Below are positions 12,441-24,100 of a DNA stretch of 64,000 nucleotides, piece after piece (within the stretch, counting starts at the first letter, position 1; each line of letters opens with the position of its first letter). The position numbers and the translations under genes are program-made. Location of the stretch: positions 24,688,070 through 24,752,069 of the forward strand of contig NC_092671.1 in NCBI RefSeq assembly GCF_964355755.1, read 5' to 3'. The notes beneath the pieces were generated by a model, which saw only the letters and a program-made list of their open reading frames with translations, had not been told where the DNA came from and did not search any database. The stretch is from Antedon mediterranea (Eukaryota > Animalia > Echinodermata).

Positions 12441-14139
12441 TCATAAATGAAATTATGTTATTTTGAGTTGAAGCAAGTTTATCATCCACGATCAATTGCA
12501 TATTTCATAGGCCTAGCCTATCATTCTGGTGAATCTCTGGTTTCTCCAACTCTTCCCCACCCCATCTCACTCTCCCATCACACACACACACATTTATTTG
12601 TGGTCGTTATAGGCTCGATCATGTTTTTATATGTCGGGCGTACATGGTATTATTAATTGAAGTTTACTCTTAATTAGTTTATGCGGTGGCCTATTATAAT
12701 ACGTATTTGGTTTACTGATTAAAATTATTCAAATATAGGCCTACAGGGGAAATAAATATGATATGATTGCAAAATGACGTCTTCTTTCTTTATTTTGATT
12801 TCGAACATTCAATTTCTTTCATGTGGTTTTTTTCTAAATTTGTTGGAAATAAGAAGGAATTCTGAAGAAAAGGTCTTTTTTATGTTCAGATCAGTTATAG
12901 GCTATCCATTATTATCAGGAAAGAAATTTTTTTATCTATTCTTAAAGTAAAGACAGCCGATAGAGGGCCAAAATCACATATGGATGCACGATATTTTTCG
13001 GCGTTCTAACGCAACGGGCCTCTAAATTCTCCAGCCAATTGTATTTTATTGTTTATGATTATGTAGTTTAGTTTGGTTTTCAGACAAATTTTAAAAGCTT
13101 TTATCATATGAAAATGGTTACGGTCAAAATCTGTGTAACATATCGGTTTAACCCAAATATAAAGACACACCGCCATTATCTGGAGAGTTGGAACGTCGTT
13201 TTTTGTTCCGGGAATGATACCATTTAAATTGGCCTAATTATAATCTACTTTCTCCACGGCACATGCTGTGAAATGAAGTGCGTTTACTTAAACAACAACA
13301 GTACATTACAACATTAGCCCGGCTAAAACCCCAGAAGACATAATTAATAAGAAACTATCATCGCGAAAGCTATATATCTAAGTCCGACAGTTTTAATATT
13401 TTGTAAACTCGATTAATTGATAGGTCCAAGCCGCTGGACCACAAAGAACGTCTGGGAAAAGAGAGTCCTTTGACTGGTTGACGCCGCATCAACAGACTTC
13501 GGGAGAATTTTCTCATGTGTGCGCCGTTATCTCTCTGAGGTCTGCTGCCTGTCCAACACACTAAGTGTATTGAAATTCTTTGAATGAGGTTAAATAAACT
13601 GTAAACAATGTAATATCATATATGATTGAATTTTACAATGTTGATATACAAAATATATTACTAAAAACCGTAATTTTTAAAGTTACAATTGCCTACTGCG
13701 GGTGCAATTTACTTCGTTCGTGCTAAAAACGATTATTTTCGGCGATGTTTTGGACCTTATATATTTCGAAAACTACAAGTCAGATTTTCATAATTCTTTT
13801 TTTATTTTAATATTGATACAAAATATTAAACGACACTGTATGTTATTAACTTCTAATGTTGCATCGTTATCCCTGTGATGGAGTAGGCCTGTGTGTGAAC
13901 CGGGTCATTAGGAAGTGCTCCTATTATCATCCTGGAATGTAGTTTAGTGTTTACGATTATATTTTTGTTCTGTACAGTAGTAGGCCAGCCTATATTTACA
14001 CAAAATGTTTTCTACTGATTGTTAAACAAAAATAATAAATCACTGAAGAAAGAAAAATGATTAAAAATGCTAGTCAAAACGTCAAGCGGCGTTTTTTTTG
14101 TAAGAAATATTGCTTGTTTAGTAATTACCAGTGAGCTAT

Positions 14140-14877
14140 TGTAACGGTGCTTGTGATTCGTTACTATATATTCTAGTCTCAGCGGCAGGATGTCATGTAG
14201 TTTTTTTTTCTTTACTGCTATGTCATTGTGCGTGTGTTCTCCTTCTTCTCCGGTGTATTGTATATTCCTGCTCGGTTACAAATCTGCTCCGTGTTTTATC
14301 TCTATTTTTCTTTCTTTTTGTTTGATCGGCTTCTGTGGGTCCAAATTGGTGTGGGAACCAGTTGTAACGGTGCTTGTGATCCGTTACTATAATATTCCAG
14401 TCTCAGCGGCAGGATGTCATACAGTCACAGAATATACAAACAGTAAATATGGTTTTTTTCCAGTGACAACAGTTTTATTCCAATACTAAATATAATGCAG
14501 TATGTACTGGCTATATCACATATGTTCCTATATTGTAAACGTTTTATCCTCTCTATTATTAACGTTTTCTTCTCTCTTTATAAATTTGTTAACTCTCTCC
14601 CTCTTGGCCAGTACATCCATATTTAAGGAACAGTCCTAATTAATATGCATGTACTGGGAGGGGACTATTTGGAACAAAGGAACATTCTTTGATGATGAGG
14701 AATAGTCATTAAGGGAGGAGGGATGTCACATCACCTTCACCTCAGTGAAAGCTAGGGCAAATTGGACCACTGGACATCGACAAGTGTTTATAGTAACTCC
14801 CATTAGAGCAATTATTATATTCCACAAAATACCAACTTGTAAACAGTTAATAGATTTATATTCTCTCGTGTGTTACA
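14140..14877 (-). mobile_element. internally deleted LTR retrotransposon (Gypsy-like): 5' LTR 14363-14877, PBS 14348-14360, 3' LTR remnant 14140-14196
   Basis: TGTAAC...GTTACA termini, 4-bp TSD CTAT (14136-14139 and 14878-14881), ~57-bp direct repeat, PBS TGGTTCCCACACC complementary to the tRNA-Glu(TTC) 3' end, minus-strand AATAAA near 14474. Confidence 0.8.
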
Positions 14878-14949
14878 CTATTACAAATCACTGGTATTAG
14901 TAATAACTGATCATTAAATCCTTCAGAAAAAAATATAAGCACTACAATT

Positions 14950-15030
14950 ATTGAGGGCGCTATCAAGGTCATCAATTTGCAGGTCAACAAACGTTTGTAG
15001 GTACTATATTATTCCATTCAAAATGGCGAA
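14950..15030 (+). promoter_or_regulatory. CDC27 proximal promoter with YY1-type motif
   Basis: CAAAATGGCG at 15019-15028, about 90 nt before the ATG; GAGGGCGCTA at 14953. Confidence 0.5.
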
Positions 15031-15117
15031 ATTTGTTTAAAATATACCGACAGAAAGTTTACACAGTTTAATTGTTTGGAAATTTTAATGTAAATCTTTT
15101 AAGGATAATATATTAAA

Positions 15118-15141
15118 ATGGTTGTTCAAGAACCGGTTCAG
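15118..15141 (+). CDS. CDC27: CDC27 coding exon 1 (MVVQEPVQ)
   Basis: ATG, donor GTATGT, phase 0. Confidence 0.9.
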
Positions 15142-18100
15142 GTATGTGAGAATAAATTGTATAGTGTATATTTAACGTAAAATCCTTCAGTTTTTAGGGC
15201 TTTCCTCGTCATCAATTATGATAGGGAGGAGGTTCATTTCAAAACAAAAAGGCCTCTACTCTAGCCTAGGCCTACTGACACTGCGTTTTACCGGGCGGGA
15301 GAGAGCCGCGGCAGGCTCACTAAGGAGACTAGGTAGCCTAGCTGACTACAGTACACTCTCTAACTGAAAATTGGCATTCAGTCCTGTTGTGTTAATGCAT
15401 ATCGACTTGTAATAATAATAAGCTCACCTACTAGGCTAGCTAGGCCTAGTCCTATAGTAGTAGGCTATATATGCAGCCCAGCCTATTGTGTGACACTTTA
15501 ATTTTTTATATTAAATTAAAATCTTAAATCACAATATTAATAACATCGAAACTAGGCCTAGCTAATTAGCCTAGCTAGGCCTACGCTTTTGCTAAATTTG
15601 GAGTCATGCTAATTTTTTTATGATAGAAAATGGTATCAAGTAGCCTAGCTAGGCCTACATACTAAAATAATATTTAATGTTAGGCCTAATTTTGATATTT
15701 AATTAATTTAATTGTTGTAGGTAGGCCTACACTTTTATACATTTTTAAATATTAATTATACGGCTTTACCACGTTACAGTATTGCCAAGAAATTGAGGCA
15801 ATTTGTTTACATGGTCATTAATCTACTGTATTCAAAACAGAATGTATACTGTGTTACAACACCAACATCATGCCTGTACAGATTGTCTCTAACTTGGCTT
15901 ACAGACTTTTGTAGTATGTAGTACAGCATGAAATTTGCAAATTCTATCATCTTGGAAAAGCTTTACCCACTATATGGTTGTTATTTTAATTTATTGTACC
16001 ATTCATTACTTTACTTTTGACAGGCAACAATTTGGCATTGCTTGACTTACTATGCCTACCAAGATGCAATATTTCTTGCTGAACGTCTCCATGCAGAAGG
16101 TATGTATTTTGCTACATAACTTGAATACGAAAACAAGTTATTGTAATGATATTCTGCAGTACAATGTAATGTACATGCTGTCAATTGTCAATGTACAGTA
16201 TCTGTCTGTGATAATTTAATTAAGGTATTGTGTACAGTAAATGGGTTAAAAAATGATTTCTTGGTAGCGGTTGGATAGAGTTAAGTAGAAGATTTTTCCC
16301 ACTCATTTTAATTTATTTTATATATGATTGATTCAGTAATATTCAGTTTTATAGTCAAGTTCATAAGACCTTGCAACAGACTCGTTGTAAATAAACATTA
16401 TTATTTTTTAGTTGGAACCGAAGAAACACTTTTTCTTCTTGCTACGTGTTACTTTCGATCTGGTAAACCCAACAGGGCATACACATTGCTTACAGATAAA
16501 GGATGTCGAACACCACATTGCAAATATCTGTTGGCCAGATGCTGTTTACAACTGAAGAAGTAAGAAAAACAAAAAAATAAGATTTTATTAGCAAATACAT
16601 TAAAAGCATACAGTACATTAAAAGCCTAAACATGAATGCCGTCAGCTCAAAATGCCTACTTGCTGTGAAAGAAGATAGAAGAGAGATAATCAGAATGTAA
16701 ACATGGTCACATTTACTGTACTGTATATTAAATAAAAATCATATAAATTAATTTGAATGTTTAAAATTCAATGAGCCACATTAAAACATACTTGTAAAGT
16801 AAGAAATATTTTGTTAATACACTATTTATCAGGGAAAAAATAATCACCCCTTAAGAATTCTGGTTTTATTTATACCCATTTTCTAGATGGTTTTCATAGA
16901 TCCTGAAAAAAATGACATAATAGATAATTAAACCATATACTGTACAAGTTTGTTTTATAAATTGGCTTTGTAGATATGCAGAAGGTGAAACAATATTAGC
17001 AGGCAGTGTTTTAACAAAACAACACACACTAGAAGAGATATCAGCAGAATACGGAGAGCTTTCATGTTTTGTTCTTTCACTGCTAGGAAAAATTCTCAGG
17101 TACAGCACATACTTTCTTGTTAAATTTCCATCTAGCAACTTCCTGCAGTTTGAATAGATATTTCAACTGAGTTATGTTGATAAACAATAGTATTAAATTT
17201 GCTGTCTCGGTATTTGTTTGTGATATTATTTGAAATGACCCAAAGCTGAAAGGTAAAATGACTGACCACTGTTAAGCTAAATTGAACTCTCCCTATAGCA
17301 GTCATCTAATAAATGACAACACAGTTGGAGATATTTTTAAATCGCTGGATCCCAGTTTGTTCAGTACTACCATTATTGAATACTCATTCAACAATGAAAT
17401 GCGATTGATGCCTTGGTGTGTATGAAGTGTCTGGAGTTTTTGCTAGGCGATGTCATAGGTGTATAGATGTACATTATGCAAGAAGAAGAATTAATTCGGT
17501 CAATCTTTCTCTTATTGCATTTGATGTCCTAGTACCGTTTGTATTTTGTAGTTAAAATCAAAAACTATAATTAATATTTCATTTTAAACAGATGTAAGCA
17601 CTTTATTAAAGACTTTTGTGTTTGATTTCTTAGCAGTTTTTTACATACAATGTAAAATATATATATTTTTTTCATGTTTTTTCAGTAAATGTGAACGCCA
17701 ACCAAAGGCAAGTGAGTGTTACAAGCATAGTTTGAAGTTAAATCCATGTTTATGGTCTTCGTTTGAGGCCTTGTGCCATTTAGGTATGTGTTATTATTTT
17801 TAACCTAATATTTGTCACAAAGTTGATAAAACTCTTTTGCACAGTAGCAGATCATGGTGTTACAAGACCCTCTTTTTAAAATGTAGAGATACGGCCTTAC
17901 CACGTTAAAAACCGGTTCTCGTCAGATCACCAAAGTTAAGCAATGTTGGGCCCGGTTAAAGCTTGGATGGGAGACCATCTGGGAATACCGGGTGCTTTAT
18001 ATGGAGCTGGGGTCCAATTAGGCATTTTAAATCAGCACTGCTGACTATTATGGCAGCCCCTGCATCTAGTATCTGCCTCAGACGTATTGGCTTATGCCTC

Positions 18101-21100
18101 TCCTCTGTTTAAGGTGGGCACTGGACGAGAGAAGCCTTTGGTCAATGTTGGGACCAGCCAAAAGTGCTTTACACAGTCAGATGAATGTAAGACTAATTGA
18201 CATTGTCATTTACGACAGAAGTCGGCCATATTCAGAAAAAATATCAATTTTAAATTTTTGTCAATGTCTTTTAATCGTCATTAATTTTATTTTAATTTCT
18301 AGGTCATAAACCTGATGCAGACAAGATTTTCCAGGTGTCAAACATGCCAAATCTATCCACCAATCAACATAACAGCTGCCCAATTATAGATACTGAAAAC
18401 CTGTCAATTTCACAACAAAATCTTTCTTCAGATGTGATATCTATGGTTATAGATACACCACCAGTTAGTACACATAAACTTTAAGTAATGTTCTGGTTTT
18501 ATAGCGTGGTTTAATCTTGGAAAAGAATTGATTACACCAATACCCTTTAAATTGTTACAACTTGTAACAAGTTGTAACCAGGTTTGATCTGCTGATTTAT
18601 TACACGTTTTCATACATGCATACACGGACCGTGAGAAATTTTGGGAGAAAGCTTAGGTGCACGCTATTTGACTATGATTAATCAATTTAATACGCAGTAA
18701 GAAAGCGAGATATCTCAAAACAAGAACAGGCCTCTCATTGGTGTGTTTTTCTTGTTTTTTTACAATTTTCTGTAAATTCTCTTCACACTATACAAACCTG
18801 GTTACAACTTATTATTTTTTGCATGTGTAAAAAGGCTATGTACCAAAACACAGAAACTCTGACATATGTTTCAGGCAATTTTCAATAACGTTACATCATT
18901 AACTTCTTTTTAAGGATTCCATGACTAGCTACACAAATATATCAGTATCTGGTATAAAACCTCTCTCTGAGATGGTGACTCCAGATATCTGTATAGATGC
19001 AAACCAGACCCCTGATGCTTGCACAGGATCATTTTCCCTGCCATCCGCTCCTATGACAACTAAAAGAACCAGACCTAGAGTAAATCGTGGCTTACTTGGA
19101 GGAGGACAACAACAAATGTATAGTCCACTAACACCAAGGTATATTAACCATTCAGATTTCGATCTGTTTCAAGCATAAAATCAAAGCAAATTTGCTAATT
19201 AACTTTACTAGAAGATTGTGTTTAAGGGTCACTGTCTTTCAATGAGTATGTTACAATTATTAACATGTTATTGTTACTGTAGACGTTGAAATTCCGTTTT
19301 CATAATCTATTTTTGTTTAAAGATGCTAGACCTACATTTTTTTGACCTGATTTCAGGTCACACACTACATTTTATGTAAAAATAAATACCATATGGACCT
19401 ATTGCGATACTTTTTCGTCTTTAAATGGTTAAAAATGGGACAAATTAAGTTGATTCTATTAATTTTAGCGGCCCACTATAAATCCCAACATGCATCGCAC
19501 GCGGATTGATATTTTCATATTGCGATGTGATGCACCCACTTCGACCGATCGTGTAAAAGGGTAAACAAATAAAAGAACTGAAACTTTTCATCAAAATACC
19601 AGGTCTTCCCCAATTTGTAATTAACGGATTCTAGTCCTAGAGCTAACGTTTTTACGTTACCGTTCTTTACCAGCTAGACCTACAAAACTAAGCCTGACTA
19701 AGCTAGGCCTAGAAATGTCTGCGAGAGAACTTTCGACGCGAGCTACTTAGGTAGTGCATTTCTCTTTTTATCATAATTAACCTTAGGACACACATTTAAG
19801 ACAAGAAATGACCTGGTTTGATGTTTTTATATTATATGCATTATTTTTACAAAACGTCAAATATTACAGGTCTAGTGTCTTTTAAACCTCTCTAGACTAT
19901 GGCGAAAAATACTGTAACACTAACACATAAAAGTTCGCCAACAACAATTTCAATATGTGAAACTCAAACACTTTGTCTCATGTATTTTATATAATTGTTT
20001 TGTCAAAGTATTTTGTCTTAGTATGTACTGTAATGTTTATTCACAGTTTACTGTTGAGTGAATACTAAATCTGTTTGGTCTTTAGCTAATTCTCCCTCCT
20101 GGTTATTATTCATTGGTGATCAACTATTATTATAGCAATCATTTTACAAGGCAGATCATCCAACTATACAGAATGAATACTTTTTCTTCCATGTAATCAC
20201 GGCACAGCATTAAGTAAAATAAGAGATTGAAGACCTCCAATTTACAGTGTCAAATAAATAGATACAAATGATATTGTATTAAATAGTTTATCCTCTACTT
20301 TTGATAACATGGACATTTAACAAGTTGTCTGTCTTGTTTCTTTTAGTTTTGGATTTCTACCACTTGAGAACACTCCAACTTTTGAAAATAATTCTGGTAA
20401 CTACATCACTCCCTCATCACTAGATCTTCAGTCTACAGACATCAAAGCACCTAAAAAGGTGAGTTTTATTCCAAACATTCATAGTATTGGTATAAGTAGC
20501 ATTCTTGTCACCAGCTAGTCATCCCTTCATAGAAAAAGTCTATCTGTAGAATGGATCCGAGGCATTTAAACAATGTAAAATTGAAATAATTTTTTAGGAA
20601 AGAGTTATATGATGCATACAGTACGTAGGACGATTCTGAATAATAAAATTATGATAGACAGTAGTGAACAGAATGAAGTACAGTATAACACAAAATAAAA
20701 AATGAATACATAAAGAAAGAGTTGCAAGAGGGGTAGCAATATAGCCTGGGGCAATTTTTGAATATTCCCCATTGGTTTCTTGGAAATTCTGTGTTTCCTG
20801 CCTAGCATGTTAGGCTTAGCCTCCTTGGAATATAGCCAATGTTGATGTTACCAGGCTATGATTGTTAGTAGCTTTAATATTACATTTTAATAAAGCTTTT
20901 GTTGATTTATATATAAATACAATTTGGAAAAAAACCAACATTTTACAATTTTTTAAGTAGATTATAAGCGAGCTTTTCCAACTTTTGTAAGTCATTGATT
21001 GAAACAGAAGTGTGAAATTTTGTATGAGTCAATGTGCCTTGTAGGTACTAGAAATAATGAATAGTTTTTATTGGTTTTTATTAGAACCAGTTGGTTGTAA

Positions 21101-24100
21101 CTTTTTGGTCACTACGATAATTCTTATATGAAATTGTCTACATAAGACCATTACATAAAATAGTCGTGAGAGCAAACCAACCTGATTGTATGTCATTTAC
21201 TCTTGAGATTTAAATGCATACTTTATCAAGCTTGTGAATCAGTTTAGTTTTGTATCTACACTCTGGCTGAGACATTGAGGCAGGCTGCATAGCAGTCTTT
21301 TAGTTCCCCAGGGCCTTACTCATGCTAGACATGACACTACAACTACTAATGTTCGCTGACTGGCACACAGTATAGACAGGCCCCATGAAAAAAACATATT
21401 AAAAATTTTTAAAAGTACAGGATAAGGCATTTTTCCAGATGTTTTTTATTTAGTCAATAGTAAAACAATTGACAGACTTTAAATGGACAGTAAATGAATG
21501 TGTTTAAACACAAAAAGTATAGTAATCCTAATTGAATGATATCCTACCGTATGAGGTGGTGTTGGTTTACTGAAGTAAATTCAAATAGGCATAATAACGT
21601 AATTAATATTGTGTGCTTGCATCTTTCCGGGTATCTGCCTTCATTCTCTGACCTAGTGTTATCATTATATTTTTTGTTTGTTGTCTTTTTTGTCAGAGTT
21701 TGTAGATAAATGTTATGAAATGAAAAAAAATAAAAAATTAATTTAGAAAAATAAATCTAATAATAATAATAATAATATTGAGAGGTTTTTAAGTCTGAAC
21801 GTGATGATACAGTATTTCATGCTAAAACTGATTTAAGAGTTGAGGTCACCTTTCGATTTAAGTATCCTCTCCCAATATTCCGTTTATCACACCTCACCAA
21901 TTCTCCTAATTCAACTTCAATTTCCTCACTCATTTCTAGGGTCACTTTTTTTATTCTGCCCTCAATTTATTTAGGTATTACTATTAAATGGCATATTTAT
22001 TAAGCCTAATCATTACATTATATTGCAAATGGTTTTGCATGTGAACAATTTTCTGTTATGACGATCATAATTAAATATGATATTGCTTTTGATATAAGAA
22101 TCCATGAATGATCTGTATATACACTTAGATTTTACTTTTTTTTTTCTATATACAAGGTAATTTCCAGAAAACCACATATAAAACCACCTGTTTTTAGCAT
22201 GTCTGGTAATACAAAAGATAGTTCAACTATGCAAACACCAAGCCCACAAACAAGGTAAGACTACTGGCAAGCTTCTTTTCATTCACAGTTTATACTATAG
22301 TAAATGATTAATATTATTCATTTTAACAAAATAGTTAGTAGCAACACTAAAATTAATCCAGTAATGACAAATATTTAATGCTCTAAAAAGACTACTATTA
22401 CTAAAGAAAGTTTCTGTGATTACAGTTGGATCCTACTATGTGTGGCTTATTATACAAATAATGAATGTTTATGAGTGTAATGGCACAAATAATGGCACGA
22501 GGTGAATGATGAAAGGTTATATCAACGAGGCAAAGCCGAGTTGATATAACCTTTCATCATTCACCAAGTGCCATTATTTGTACCATTACACGAATACAAA
22601 ACATTCATTATTTGTTTTATATAACATCTAAATAAATTCTAGTTATTTGAATCAAATAAAAGGTAGCCCTACCCTAGCCAAAGCTTACTACATTTCATTC
22701 ACACACATTGATTAAAAACAGTAACATTTGGTTTTTAATAATGTTATATTAAATGTTATATTTATATGGATTTCGTAAACACACCTACTTTTGTGTTAAT
22801 TATGTCAACAAACGACCAAACAATCCTAGGCCTAGCAAGGCTAAAACGCCTAGGCTAGGCCTAGCCTAAATACTAGCATGGCCTAGGCTAGGTCTAGTAG
22901 CCTAGTACTAGCTTGGCTGAAAGGCAAAACTTCGACAGACAATTGGAACTTATCTAAGCTAATTATGGTTTTTCCAACAATTCCACGTCTTGTAGGGATG
23001 TCCCCATTAATTAATCAAAATCCTAAAAACGATCTAAAGCTAATTTAAATGCCTTTTTGAATGAAATTAGTACATAATGTCCAAATCGTACACAAATATC
23101 TGCTGCTGTTGCATATCTCGCGGTGGTGTTTACAAATGAAACTGAGACCAGACGACAGGTGGCGCTGTTGTATTTCACAGTACATAGCCATATCATATAG
23201 GATAATTTGTGTACAAGATTTTTTTTCATCCGCGAGACGTTTTTTTTTTCGTACACAAAAATGTTCGTTGAATAGTGCGTACTATTGCACGCCATGTGAC
23301 CCACATTCGTCCAATCAAATGACAGGAATTTATATAGGTGTTATATAAATGGTGTATAATACACCACACATGGCACAAACATAATGCTATAGTACCATGT
23401 ACGTCTAACCCTAGACACTAATGCATGTTAGTACCTATCAACATTTCAAGGCAAGTGTAATATTATGTAGAGCATTGTGTGGCATTTGATTCTCGGACTG
23501 TTAGAGTTGGTTTTTTAAAGAACAATTGTGACTTTACTTCATACTGTATAGTTCTAACAGATGATAGAACAATAAAAATGTGTTCTATAATAACTTTATA
23601 GTAAAATCCTTTTAACATTTGCATTGACCTTTATATAATGGACCTACATTTTGGTACACTAAATCAATTTGCTATGCATTATTAGATCAAGTACAATTTA
23701 TTCAAAGCCACAAGTTTGTCATACTGTAACTAAGGAATATATCAGAAGAATGAGCAATTCACAATTTACCCAGAGCATGGATACCCGCCCTCACACGAAC
23801 GGATGTATAGAATCTAAAGCCATTGTTTTTAAAACATCACATTAAATAGAATTATAACAAATATCAGTTCGCAATTTATAGACATTCATAGAAGAATATT
23901 CAATAACAATTTATTATACAGTGCATGTAGTAAATTAATTTGCAATTAGCTATCCCCATGTATACGGCACCGTACCCCATGTATACGGCACCGTACCCCA
24001 TGTATACGGCACCGTACCCCATGTATACGGCACCGTACCCCATGTATACGGCACCGTACCCCATGTATACGGCACCGTACCCCATGTATACGGCACCGTA

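Noticed and set aside
15759-15775. 17-nt match to the 5S 5' end
   Set aside because: Too short with mismatches; may be chance
17887-17997. Functional 5S rRNA gene
   Set aside because: Small deletion, many substitutions, broken terminal stem, solitary intronic position
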